Shown here one piece after another: positions 39,478-49,194 of a stretch of DNA of 64,000 nucleotides. Source of the DNA: Candidatus Latescibacterota bacterium (GTDB lineage: Bacteria; Latescibacterota; UBA2968; UBA8231); assembly GCA_965248265.1 (NCBI GenBank), contig CBDFJF010000002.1:1984001-2048000 (forward strand), given 5' to 3'. Every line of letters starts with the position of its first letter. Position 1 is the stretch's first letter. Position numbers and translations under genes: made by a program. Under the pieces are notes generated by a model. The model saw only the letters and a list, made by a program, of their open reading frames with translations, ran no database searches and was not told where the DNA came from.

Positions 39478-39742
39478 CGGTGGAAGCCTTTCGGTGGTCA
39501 GCCATCTTGGTGATCAATTCATCATCGTCGGCGCTCGCCATCACCAGCTCGTAAAACGCGTCGGACGAAATCTCCGCTTCCTCCAGGAAGCGCTCGTCTG
39601 CCCCTCACGGGAATATGTAGTCCCCGAGCCGGCCGGCCTTGAGTGCACGGACCTTGTCTGAAATCCGCGCCAGCCACGGCATGTCGCCGATGACGAGGCC
39701 CCGGGCGCGTGGTTTGAAATCCAGGTTGTCTGATTCGCTCAT
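39470..39742 (-). CDS. DUF5069-like small protein, probable selenoprotein (Sec at codon 46)
   Basis: MSESDNLDFKPRARGLVIGDMPWLARISDKVRALKAGRLGDYIFP-U-GADERFLEEAEISSDAFYELVMASADDDELITKMADHRKASTDG; TGA at 39605-39607; ATG 2 nt after the upstream stop; final TGA overlaps the aminopeptidase ATG. Confidence 0.8.
39575..39592 (-). promoter_or_regulatory. Bacterial SECIS-like hairpin
   Basis: CGCTTCC-TGGA-GGAAGCG perfect 7-bp stem starting 12 nt after the in-frame TGA; G at loop position 2. Confidence 0.7.
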
Positions 39743-39744
39743 GA

Positions 39745-40845
39745 TTACTCTCTTTCCAGGAAGGAATGCACCGCTTCGCTGAATAGCGATCTGAAGTCAG
39801 CAGCGGGTGTATCGGATGTCAGTGGCGAGGAGAGGATGTCGACGAGTTGCCGCAATCTGTGCTGTGGGCGCTTCCAGGCATGAAGGAGTGCTCGGTGGTG
39901 TGGCAGGGACGGTTGCGCAAGTGAACGGCACAGCATGGCAGCCGCCTGCAGATGAAACAGGATATGGTGACCGTCGAGGGCGAAGACGCCGTCAGTAACT
40001 TCCTTGGCATATACCATGACGAACTCCGGACTTAGGGGGCATACGAATTCACCATCCTCACGACCGGCACCCAGGCTGGTCGCGTACTGCACCAGACGTC
40101 GCTCCGGCCAGTCCCAGCCGATCTTGGCGAATTCGATGAAGCTGACCGTGCCGGTGGCATCGTCAATGACGACATTGCGGGCATTGAAATCAGTACTGGC
40201 CAGCGTCGGCTCTCTCTGGCTGAGCGTCATCCAGATATCGTCCAGGCGAGCGACCAGGGCTTGTCCGGCCGAATCACGGGCCCCGCAGTGGCTGAGAAGC
40301 ACAGCCAATCCCTCTTGGGCCTCTGCTGGAGCGCTGGTTGCAACTTCGGCGTGGTGCCTGCGTGTAACAGCGCGCGACACGTGGGGAAGTAGGAGCTCGC
40401 ACTGTTCAGACAGCACATGCTCGATTCCGCAGAATCCGGCTACCAATTTCGCGGACAGATCTGGCGATATGCCGAACTCCTGGGCGTGGTCGTCCAGAGT
40501 ACGGTCCCCGCAACGCTCCAAATAGATGAAGCGAGTCCCGGGGTCGACAGCTAGAGCGCGGGGCACGAGACAACCGTGCTCTGCCAAAATGCCGAGAACC
40601 TTGGACTCAACGATGAGCAGGTCGTCGGCGGCGCCCTCTGTGGACGATCCGAAGGCCTGGTGTTTGGCGACCACGCGCGATCCATCTTCCAGTTCAACAG
40701 ACCAGACGCCTGCTGACAGTTCGTCTAGGTTGATGACAGCCTGCTGTGTTGAGGAGAAACTTGCTACATGCCGCCGGAGATAATCCTCCAGTGATTGATC
40801 GGACGGGCCGCCAGAGCTGGTGAGGTGATCGACGGCGAGGCTCAC
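39745..40845 (-). CDS. Phosphotransferase (APH/kinase-like fold), atypical motifs
   Basis: VVAK, E..VL..L, VPRALAVD, YLERCGD, TDFNARN and IEFAKIG motifs. Confidence 0.65.
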   Translation of the reverse strand: MSLAVDHLTSSGGPSDQSLEDYLRRHVASFSSTQQAVINLDELSAGVWSVELEDGSRVVAKHQAFGSSTEGAADDLLIVESKVLGILAEHGCLVPRALAVDPGTRFIYLERCGDRTLDDHAQEFGISPDLSAKLVAGFCGIEHVLSEQCELLLPHVSRAVTRRHHAEVATSAPAEAQEGLAVLLSHCGARDSAGQALVARLDDIWMTLSQREPTLASTDFNARNVVIDDATGTVSFIEFAKIGWDWPERRLVQYATSLGAGREDGEFVCPLSPEFVMVYAKEVTDGVFALDGHHILFHLQAAAMLCRSLAQPSLPHHRALLHAWKRPQHRLRQLVDILSSPLTSDTPAADFRSLFSEAVHSFLERE

Positions 40846-41216
40846 GGCAGGTCGAACACGATCACTTGGGCGGTGAGTTTGCCAGCTTGACTGTTGAAAC
40901 CTGGATTTTCATTCATGGCGAAGTGGATGACCCCATCGCGATCGGTTATGAAGTCGTGCCGACTGCCCACTGCAATCGCAGGTCCGTCGCCGATGCGGGC
41001 GATCAGGGCGCCAACGTTGACTCCGGGCATGAGGTAACCGTCGCCCGCTAAGTGATTGTAGACGCCGTCGGCACCGCACCAAACGATCTGGTTGCGCATG
41101 TCTGGCGACCACACGTCCTCCACATCGATGACGATGCGCTGACCCTTCTCTACGCGAATCAGGGTGTCCTGCCAGCTCGGGCTGGGACGAACCGTGCGGG
41201 AGATTGTCAGAGCCAT
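40842..41216 (-). CDS. LecA/PA-IL-like jelly-roll domain protein
   Basis: WQDTLIRVEKGQRI.I....W, GADG, GALIARIG and G.IHFAMNE motifs; no signal peptide; alternative GTG at 41231. Confidence 0.65.
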   Translation of the reverse strand: MALTISRTVRPSPSWQDTLIRVEKGQRIVIDVEDVWSPDMRNQIVWCGADGVYNHLAGDGYLMPGVNVGALIARIGDGPAIAVGSRHDFITDRDGVIHFAMNENPGFNSQAGKLTAQVIVFDLP

Positions 41217-41264
41217 TTGCGCTTCTTTCACTTGGCCAATAGGGTCTGTAAGTCCATCACTCGA

Positions 41265-41292
41265 AGGATATGATCACACTGTCTGCCGTCAA
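41265..41292 (-). promoter_or_regulatory. Candidate sigma70 promoter of the lectin-kinase-selenoprotein operon
   Basis: TTGACG-N16-TATCCT on the minus strand. Confidence 0.45.
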
Positions 41293-41475
41293 GTTTTAGG
41301 AACCTGATTGAGCCAATCACCCAATACAATCACTCATGCCCAAAAAGATGCGGGGGTTGCGCTGGTTGTTGGCCGGTCAGGGACTCAACTCCAGCGCCTG
41401 CCATTCCTGTTGCGGATCCGGGCAACGCAAGCGGATGACATATAGAGGAGGAAGAAGCGAAATGAGTTCCGCCGC

Positions 41476-44115
41476 CTAAAAAAAGAACGGCGGTGGATCC
41501 GTGCCGTGTCGTCGGCGGTACTCGCGAACGAATGGTGCACCGAGCAGATCGTAATAGTGCCACGCCGTCTTCTCACCGGGATTCAATCTGATAGCCCGCC
41601 CGTAGGCGGCGAGGGCCTTCCTTTTCTGGCGTTTATACCGCAGGACATCCCCCTCCAGAACCTGGCGCTTGCCCTCAAAATAAGTGACCAATCGCGGCAG
41701 CATCGCGCCGCGTCCGACATCGGTCGCGAACTTCAGGTAGCTCTCCAGGGGGGCTACTGGAGTGCTTTCGAGATGGCGCTGGAGGTCACCCAGAACCCTC
41801 CATACATGGGCGCGAAAACCGCGGCGGCCGGCGAAACTAAGATGAGGATGATCGTCCGTGTTGATCGGTCCCTCACCGACATACCCGGCAAACAAAACTT
41901 CGTCGAATAGAAAGCAGCTCAGCACATCAATGGGCGTGCCCAGATCCACCTCGTCCAGGCTCTCGCGCACCCGCAGGCGATCGAACTTCCTTTGAAACGC
42001 CTCCACGTCAACACTCAAAGGCTGCTTGGTCCCGACCATGATGGCGTAGTTGTTCGTCCGCCACAGGGTCGCGTGTGGGAAGGCGGAATGGAAGGTACGC
42101 AGGACCGTCTTGAAGTCGTCGACCTGCATGCCGTGAAACGGCAGCCATTGTACGAAGATGCCGTCGTCGTTCAGGTGAACGCGGCACAGCTCGTAGAAAT
42201 CGCGTGTGTAGAGGACCCAACTGTCGGTGCTGGTGGGATGGGTGGCATCGCCGGTGATGACGTCATATTTGCGGTCCGTCGTCAGCAGGTAGTTGCGGCC
42301 GTCGTCGACGATCACCCGCACCGGCAACTCATCCAACCGGTCGAGGACGTCGTGATTGAAGCTTCCGTACTCCTGTCGGGCCGCCTCGACGACGTCGGGG
42401 ACGATTTCGACACATTCCACCAGCGCCAAGTCGTGCTGTGCCACCGCGCCCAGGGAGATGGCACCGCCAAGTGCTACGACCAGGACATCCTGTGGGTCGG
42501 GGTGCAGCAGCAGCGGGAGATGGCCGAGAAGGCGGAACAGCTGGAAGGAGCTGTAATCGGTGGGTACCTGGCCGCCGCGGTTAAACTGCAGCAAGCGGTA
42601 CCCTGGTTTGGATAACACCGTCACGACACCTTCACGACCCTCGCTGTAGTAGGCGAGCTTGCGCACCGAATCACGAGGCTCAGCGATCGTTCTCAGGACG
42701 TCGTCTGGCGCCAATATGAGTATGAGAACGGCGATCGCCATGGTGCCGCCGACCACGGTTTTTCTGCGCCGGGGAGGACGAATCCCCGGGTGCAACAGCA
42801 ACACGATCAGGCCAGCGGCCAGGTTGATGAGGCCGAGTGCCTTGAAGGTTCCCTCCGTGCCGAATGCGGGAATCAGCAAGAACCCTGTGGCGAAGGCGCC
42901 GCCGATGGCGCCCAGGCTGTTGACGGCATAGACGTCCCCGACACCACGGCCCAACAACGACAACTGACGCGTGTTGATGCGGCTGACAACAGGAAACAGG
43001 GCACCCATCAAAAAGGTTGGCACGAACATGATGGTGAACGAGACGGCGAATATGCCCAGGCGATAGCGCCACCATGCTTGAGCCTGCTGGATGAACCCAA
43101 TCCACTCCGATGACCATATGAAAAGGAACACGGAACAGACGCCCATGATGCCGATGAGGACTTCCATAAAACCGAACAGCGCCAGCAGGTCCCTGTTGGC
43201 CTTGAGGTAGCGACTGCATGCAAAGCTGCCGAGCGAGATACCAAGCAGAAAGGCGATCAGGATGATGCTGAACTCGTAATGGGTGTTGACGGCGAAAGCG
43301 ACGATGAACAGACGCAGCCAGGCGACCTCGTAGCCGAGGGCGGCGAATCCCGATAGCGCAAAGCCAACGATGACGATGGTGATGAGGTGGTGGGGTATGG
43401 GACCATCAGAGCTGGCATCCGCAGCTGGTTCAGAAGTCGTCGCAGCGGGGCGAGCCTCATCCTGCAATCGTTTGCGATCAAGGAGCAGGGCGAGTGCGGC
43501 GACGACGAAATTGACGGCCGCAACCGAATAGGTGCTGGCCCTCAGGCCCAGGGCCTCCATCAGGAAGAAGGTGATCGTGATGACGCCGGCCACGGCGCCC
43601 AGCGTGTTGACGCCGTATAGCCATCCGACGCCGACGCCCACACCGGACAGGCGGCGCACGACGAACTTGGACAGCACTGGAAGCGTCGCTCCCATCAGGG
43701 ACGTCGGTATGAGCAGGAGTACGAAGCTGATCAGAAATCGCAGCGTTGGGTGCAGCACACTGCTTTCGGGATCAAGGGTCTGCAGCAGCGCCGCGGAAGA
43801 TCCGATTTCGCGGGCAAGGGTCGGAAAGAGAAGGGCGTAGGAACCGACACCCGCTTCCAGCAAGGCGAACACGCGCAACGGCCGCTCGACACGGTCGATG
43901 TATCGGCCAAAGACAAAGCTGCCGAGCGCGAGACCGGCCATGAAGGCACTCAAGACGGTACTGACGGCGAGCAAGGTAGCGCCGAAGACGACCGTCAGCA
44001 TCCGGGCCCAGACGACCTGATAGACCAGACCACACGCTCCGGACAGGAAGAACAGGGATGGAATCACCCATCGCAGCTGTGGGAGGTCGCGACGCGCAAG
44101 ATTCGGGGTCTTCAT
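41476..44115 (-). CDS. Fused MFS/spermidine synthase-like membrane protein with C-terminal TPR
   Basis: SGACGLVYQVVW, LYGVNTLGA, DDGRNYL, YDVITGD, LYTRDFY and QWLP motifs; TPR-like tail. Confidence 0.9.
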   Translation of the reverse strand: MKTPNLARRDLPQLRWVIPSLFFLSGACGLVYQVVWARMLTVVFGATLLAVSTVLSAFMAGLALGSFVFGRYIDRVERPLRVFALLEAGVGSYALLFPTLAREIGSSAALLQTLDPESSVLHPTLRFLISFVLLLIPTSLMGATLPVLSKFVVRRLSGVGVGVGWLYGVNTLGAVAGVITITFFLMEALGLRASTYSVAAVNFVVAALALLLDRKRLQDEARPAATTSEPAADASSDGPIPHHLITIVIVGFALSGFAALGYEVAWLRLFIVAFAVNTHYEFSIILIAFLLGISLGSFACSRYLKANRDLLALFGFMEVLIGIMGVCSVFLFIWSSEWIGFIQQAQAWWRYRLGIFAVSFTIMFVPTFLMGALFPVVSRINTRQLSLLGRGVGDVYAVNSLGAIGGAFATGFLLIPAFGTEGTFKALGLINLAAGLIVLLLHPGIRPPRRRKTVVGGTMAIAVLILILAPDDVLRTIAEPRDSVRKLAYYSEGREGVVTVLSKPGYRLLQFNRGGQVPTDYSSFQLFRLLGHLPLLLHPDPQDVLVVALGGAISLGAVAQHDLALVECVEIVPDVVEAARQEYGSFNHDVLDRLDELPVRVIVDDGRNYLLTTDRKYDVITGDATHPTSTDSWVLYTRDFYELCRVHLNDDGIFVQWLPFHGMQVDDFKTVLRTFHSAFPHATLWRTNNYAIMVGTKQPLSVDVEAFQRKFDRLRVRESLDEVDLGTPIDVLSCFLFDEVLFAGYVGEGPINTDDHPHLSFAGRRGFRAHVWRVLGDLQRHLESTPVAPLESYLKFATDVGRGAMLPRLVTYFEGKRQVLEGDVLRYKRQKRKALAAYGRAIRLNPGEKTAWHYYDLLGAPFVREYRRRHGTDPPPFFF

Positions 44116-44276
44116 GCGACTGCGGTCGTCGAGATCTCAGATACCGAAGCCGAATTCGGCGCATCGAAATAGTCGGTCTTGAGCAGTCGCAGGCGATTCT
44201 CTACGCTTGATCGCGTGGCCGCACACATGGTGTCCATCCCGGTGTTGCCGAGTTTGCGACGCACTAGTTCGGGCAT
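44112..44276 (-). pseudogene. Internally deleted aldo/keto reductase remnant (54 codons)
   Basis: MPELVRRKLGNTGM...SVENRLRLLKTDYFD: two AKR motifs collapsed together; stop overlaps the next ATG. Confidence 0.6.
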
Positions 44277-44331
44277 GGAATCGATTCAGATGGTGACGAG
44301 GAAGTAGGCGTTTTGAGAGGGAGACAAAATA

Positions 44332-45006
44332 GTGGCCAATCTGTTGGGAAACAAACCGAGATCAGGATGCGCGTGTTCGCTGCTGCTGAGCCTCAGCCTT
44401 GTCTGGGGTTGCACCGATGGAGATCCCGGGCACGAATTGGAGGAGCGGGCCAAGCCGGGGAATTCACAACCGCAGCCACCCATCTTGTTCGACCTACCCG
44501 CCTTCGAGTTCACCAGCCAGGAGGGCAAGACGTTTGGATCGGAACAACTGCAGGGCAAGGTGTGGATAGCCAACTTCATCTTCACCCGCTGTGTGCTCAG
44601 CTGTCCCGTGCAGACGAGCCACATGGCCAAGCTGCAGCAGCGCCTTGCACAAAGCGCAGGTTGGGAGGACATGGCTCTTGTGAGCTTCAGCGTGGATCCA
44701 GAGTACGACACCCCCCAAGTCCTCACCGAATACGGCTCAGGGTATGGCGCTGACTTCGTGCACTGGCGTTTTCTCACGGGTCAACGGAGCCTGATCTGGG
44801 ATTTGAGCAAGAACGGATTCAAGCTTCCAGTCGCGGAGCGTCCGATGGAGGTCGGACTGCCTCTGTTTCATGCCCCTCATCTGGTTCTCGTCGACCAACA
44901 TCTGCGCATACGTGGCTTCTATGATGGAATGACCGGCGAGGAATTCGAGCAAATCAGCGACGACGTCGAGCGTGTGCTGGAAGAGGCAGCCGCGCCGGAT
45001 GGCTGA
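44332..45006 (+). CDS. SCO1/SenC family copper chaperone lipoprotein
   Basis: FIFTRCVLSCP (CxxxC), SFSVDPEYDTP, WRFLTG, conserved His. Confidence 0.9.
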   Translation: MANLLGNKPRSGCACSLLLSLSLVWGCTDGDPGHELEERAKPGNSQPQPPILFDLPAFEFTSQEGKTFGSEQLQGKVWIANFIFTRCVLSCPVQTSHMAKLQQRLAQSAGWEDMALVSFSVDPEYDTPQVLTEYGSGYGADFVHWRFLTGQRSLIWDLSKNGFKLPVAERPMEVGLPLFHAPHLVLVDQHLRIRGFYDGMTGEEFEQISDDVERVLEEAAAPDG

Positions 45007-45074
45007 CCGATGGCAATGAACACGATTCTGGCGACCCACGCTATCATGCGTCGCTGAGCAGAGAAAGGAGAAAC

Positions 45075-45968
45075 ATGAGTGCGGAACTTGAGATCATAGC
45101 AGACGATGGCAATGTGGTCGGCGAAGGTCCGATCTGGGACGGGCAGCGCCAGCGGTTGCTGTGGACGGACATCGAGAGTGGTCTGGTCTACCAGATTGAT
45201 GCTGAGGGGAAGAAGCGCATCATAAGCCGCGACCTCATCGTCGGCGCGATCGGCTTGAACGACGATGGCAGGTTGATCTTCGCGGGGAGAACGGGAGTAC
45301 GCCTATGGCGAGGGCAGGACGATTACAAGACCCTGGTAACGGAGTTCGAGGGCGAAGCCCTTGACTTCAACGATGGCATCATGGGTCCACAGAGCAGGCT
45401 CTATGCAGGCACGGTGTATTGGGGCGAGAACGGCATGGAAAAACTGGGGAAGCTCTACCTCATTGAAGGAGATGGCAGCACCAGGGTCGTCGTCGAGGAT
45501 GTCGAGCTTTCCAACGGATTGGGCTTCAGCCCGGATAATCGCACGCTCTACCATACCGACACTACCGTGCGAAAGATCTACGCGTTCGACGTCGATGCCG
45601 GCTCCGGTGAGTTGTCGAACAAACGGGCCTTCGTGACAGTCCCCGACGATGAAGGCATTCCCGATGGGATGACGGTCGATGCGGACGGCTTTGTATGGAG
45701 CGCGCAGTGGTACGGTTCGCAAGTGGTGCGCTATGATCCCGATGGAGCTGTTGAGCGGCGGATTCCAATGCCGGTACAGCAGGTTTCCTGCGTCATGTTT
45801 GGCGGTCCGGATCTGACGGATCTGTACATCACTTCGGCAGCGTACTCGTGGCGGAGTGACGTGGCGCCGCCGGGGTATGACTTCAATGCGCCGAATATCG
45901 GAGGGGCGTTGTATCGGCTGCGAACGGATGTTCAGGGGAAACCTGAGCATGTGGCTGGCTGGTCGTAG
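45075..45968 (+). CDS. SMP-30/gluconolactonase/LRE family protein
   Basis: GEGPIWD, FNDG, SNGLGFSPD, PDGMTVD and FGGPDLTDLYITS motifs. Confidence 0.93.
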   Translation: MSAELEIIADDGNVVGEGPIWDGQRQRLLWTDIESGLVYQIDAEGKKRIISRDLIVGAIGLNDDGRLIFAGRTGVRLWRGQDDYKTLVTEFEGEALDFNDGIMGPQSRLYAGTVYWGENGMEKLGKLYLIEGDGSTRVVVEDVELSNGLGFSPDNRTLYHTDTTVRKIYAFDVDAGSGELSNKRAFVTVPDDEGIPDGMTVDADGFVWSAQWYGSQVVRYDPDGAVERRIPMPVQQVSCVMFGGPDLTDLYITSAAYSWRSDVAPPGYDFNAPNIGGALYRLRTDVQGKPEHVAGWS

Positions 45969-46134
45969 AGGGGATTCGCGTGTGTATTGGGCTCGTGTGT
46001 GACGGCTTCGCATCATGTGCATGCGTCCCCCACAGTGCAAGCAGCGAAGCAGGACCAGACCCGGGCCGCGAGAATGAACAGGTTCATCTCACGTTTGGAG
46101 AAGGGAGTTCCGTCGGTCTGAGACCGGCCTGAGC

Positions 46135-46401
46135 ATGCGTAGAGAGATTGTCGTGGGGTTGATCGTCATCGTCACCATCGTGGTTGCCCTCACCTATTCC
46201 ACGATGCAGCTGCGTCAGCACACCTGCCGCGTCTGTATCACCTACAACGGCCAAACGAACTGCGCCACGGCCTCTGGCTCCACGAAGGAAGAGGCGATAC
46301 GGACAGGGATCTCCACAGCTTGCGCTCCAATCAGCAACGGCGTGACACAGACGATCCAGTGTGGGAACACCGCTCCGACCAGCATCGAATGGCTGCAGTG
46401 A
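46135..46401 (+). CDS. Small membrane-anchored Cys-rich hypothetical protein
   Basis: N-terminal TM followed by CRVC...C...C...C. Confidence 0.65.
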   Translation: MRREIVVGLIVIVTIVVALTYSTMQLRQHTCRVCITYNGQTNCATASGSTKEEAIRTGISTACAPISNGVTQTIQCGNTAPTSIEWLQ

Positions 46402-46765
46402 AGAAGCGCCACTGCGTGTCTGATCGTCAAGCCGCGTAGTCGGGGACTGTGACCGTCCGCAGAGGCACGGCGAGATCTAGAATTCACATTCTAAAGAGAT
46501 CGATAGTTTAGATCCCTCGGGACCTTGGTGTCGAGTGGAACTCTGGCTTTGTGAGGGTGCGATGTGCGCTTCGCTCAGCTCGGCGGGCATGATGGTCTTG
46601 GATTCAGATCCGCAAGGTCCGATTCAGGCGCATCGATCGGGCTACGGTTTCATCTTGCCATGCCTTTGATCGGTTACAGAGGATCGATAGCTATCTTATG
46701 GAGTGATTTCCAGCCCTGTCGGCCTATTGATGGCATGCATTAATTCCGGTCGAAAAACAGATGAC

Positions 46766-47611
46766 CTAATAGAATTGTTTAGAGATCTCTTTGAGCGTCT
46801 TAAATTCAAATTCTGACAATTGGCCGACCATTCTATGAACCAGTTTGCAGATTTTGGTGCGGTCTCTTTCCCGAATCCAGTGTTTAGCCATCCAGCCCCC
46901 AGGTGTTCGAGGTATGAGATCCTTCAAACGGTATGCCGGTTTGGGATGCAGTCCGCCCGGTAAAAAATCTTCGATATGGAGCATCAGGTTGATGACCATC
47001 CGGTCAAATCGTCGAGCCTCCCACATAAATAGGGATAAAAATGCCAAAGAACCACTATGTCGGAAGGACAAGAATGTGGGAGATATGAGTGGAAATAACA
47101 GGCAACTGGTTGGAATTTCGAGCAAGCCATCCCGAATAAAATAGGGAGATCGTTTCGACCAGAGCCAGGGATTCTGGAACGGATAGGAGCTAAAAATACC
47201 CAAACGCTGGGGAGTTGAACTGCTATCGATTCGATAGTCCAGATTACGCAGTTCGTCCAGGGCGAAGTCATTGACTTTGCAGCAGGTGGGCGACCGAAAA
47301 GAGTGGGGAGAAAAGCCAAGGAAGTCTTCGAAACATTTTTTAGAAACAGACAGAAATTCCAACGCTCGGCCTTTTCCTATTTGCAATGCCTGTTTTTCTT
47401 GATCGTTGTGATAATGTGAATGGGTGCCCAATTCATGGGGTCCTGTGATCAGGTCTGCGATTGCAGATCTAAATTTAGACATGTTCAGCATAATGGTGGG
47501 GATCAGGAAGGTCACAGGCAGATTGGCCTTTTTCAACCATTCGTTACAACGCAGAATATCGTCCGGACTGTCTCCTGTGTGCAGGTCAATTGTCAGCGCA
47601 ACAGTTGACAC
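46766..47611 (-). CDS. Polysaccharide deacetylase family protein (low GC)
   Basis: ALTID, VTFLI, HELGTHSHYH, SFRSP, IDSS and LLEIP motifs. Confidence 0.75.
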   Translation of the reverse strand: MSTVALTIDLHTGDSPDDILRCNEWLKKANLPVTFLIPTIMLNMSKFRSAIADLITGPHELGTHSHYHNDQEKQALQIGKGRALEFLSVSKKCFEDFLGFSPHSFRSPTCCKVNDFALDELRNLDYRIDSSSTPQRLGIFSSYPFQNPWLWSKRSPYFIRDGLLEIPTSCLLFPLISPTFLSFRHSGSLAFLSLFMWEARRFDRMVINLMLHIEDFLPGGLHPKPAYRLKDLIPRTPGGWMAKHWIRERDRTKICKLVHRMVGQLSEFEFKTLKEISKQFY

Positions 47612-47649
47612 GTAACTATCCTCTTTGAATTTCTGAGTAGGTCTTTATC

Positions 47650-48387
47650 ATGGCACGAAATAGGTTCACTCCTTTTGTACTGGATCCGGTTGCATATCGA
47701 AATTCTTTGAGCGTCACAGATCGGGCGTTTCTGGACCTGATCGGTCATGTGGATGGACAGCGCATTCTGGATATGGGATGTGGTAACGGCTTCCTCTCAA
47801 TTTATATGGCCCGGCAGGGAGCTTGTGTCACTGCAATCGATTCGGCTGTACAGGCCGTTCACAACACCAAGCAAATGGCCTGTGTGAATGGGTTGGATTC
47901 AGGATTGAAGGTGTGCCACATGGATGCTCGTACACTGGGTGACTTAGGCGGATCATATGACCTGGTTGTGGGACGTTTTATCCTCCATCATATCGAGCCT
48001 TTCCCCGCATTTGTCGATTTGTTATCCCGATTTTTAGGGGCTGGCAGGGGTGTTTTTTTGGAAAACAGCGCCCGCAATCCCATTTTGATGTTTTGCCGAT
48101 CTTATCTGGTGGGAAAGTTTGGGATTCCCAAACTTAGCAACGCGGAGGAGTTTCCTTTTGAACAGCGGGAAATTGAAATACTCCAACGAAGATTTCGTTC
48201 TGTCAAGGTCTATTCCCCCGAATTTCTATTTTTTAATTTAATGAGTACCTATTTCTCTCACCCCAATTGGTTTGGCCATGTTTTCAAGGGTTTGGACACA
48301 GGGCTGGCCAGGTGTTTTCCATTCCTCCGACAGTACAGTTATTGTCAGATCATTGAATTTCGCCATACTCTGGGTCAAAAAGCCTGA
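47650..48387 (+). CDS. Class I SAM-dependent methyltransferase (low GC)
   Basis: ILDMGCGNG and YDLVVGRFILHH motifs. Confidence 0.85.
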   Translation: MARNRFTPFVLDPVAYRNSLSVTDRAFLDLIGHVDGQRILDMGCGNGFLSIYMARQGACVTAIDSAVQAVHNTKQMACVNGLDSGLKVCHMDARTLGDLGGSYDLVVGRFILHHIEPFPAFVDLLSRFLGAGRGVFLENSARNPILMFCRSYLVGKFGIPKLSNAEEFPFEQREIEILQRRFRSVKVYSPEFLFFNLMSTYFSHPNWFGHVFKGLDTGLARCFPFLRQYSYCQIIEFRHTLGQKA

Positions 48388-48494
48388 AAGCCCAAGCATC
48401 CCTCTATTCCGACTCGCTCGCCTGTTCCAATCAATGTTATCTGGCAGTTTACGGTAGTGGGTGAATTCATTCGCACACATTGAGATCCCCGGCT

Positions 48495-49184
48495 CTACAC
48501 CATGCGGGCGGTGGCCAAGCGGGCGGCGAAGCGTAGGGCGGAGATCATGTTGGTGTGGTCGGCGATGCCTTTGCCGGCGATGTCGAAGGCGGTGCCGTGG
48601 TCGACGGAGGCGCGGATGATGGGGAGGCCGAGGGTGACGTTTACCGCGTCGGCGAAGGCGACCAGTTTGATGGGTATGTGTCCCTGATCGTGGTACATGG
48701 CGATGACGCCGTCGAATTCGTCGTTGAAGGCGCGGTAGAACAGGGTGTCACCGGGAAGGGGTCCGGTGACTTCCCAATCTTGAGCCTGTGCACGCTGTAC
48801 AGCTGGTTCGAGGGCGATGGCGTCTTCTTCTCCGAAGAGGCCGTGTTCGCCGGCGTGCGGGTTGAGGCCGGCGACGCCGATCCGGGGGCGTTCATAGCCC
48901 AGATCGACAAGAGCCTGACGGGCCAATGCGATCGTCTCGTAGACGCGTTCTTCCGTGAGCCGGCCAGGTACGTCGTGCAGGGCGATATGGGTGGTGGCGT
49001 GGATGACTTTCAGGCGTTCGGACACCAACATCATGCGGTAACTCTTCGTACTCGTGAGGTCGCCGAGCAACTCGGTATGCCCCGCGTAATTGAAACCGAC
49101 GCGATTCATGGCCTCTTTGTTCAAGGGTGCTGTGACGATGCCGTCGACCTTGTTTGCCAGCGCCAGCTCAACGGCGGTCTCCGT
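48495..49184 (-). pseudogene. pdxA: 5'-truncated PdxA/PdxA2 (4-phospho-threonate dehydrogenase-like)
   Basis: IVTAPLNKEA, GHTELL, GLNPHAGE, AMYHDQG and SVDHGTAFDIAG motifs; frame closed by TGA at 49191-49193 so the N-terminus is missing. Confidence 0.8.
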
Positions 49185-49194
49185 GCCCCGTCAG

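Noticed and set aside
41442-41478. Strong RBS plus tiny plus-strand ORF MSSAA*
   Set aside because: Five codons with no supporting context.
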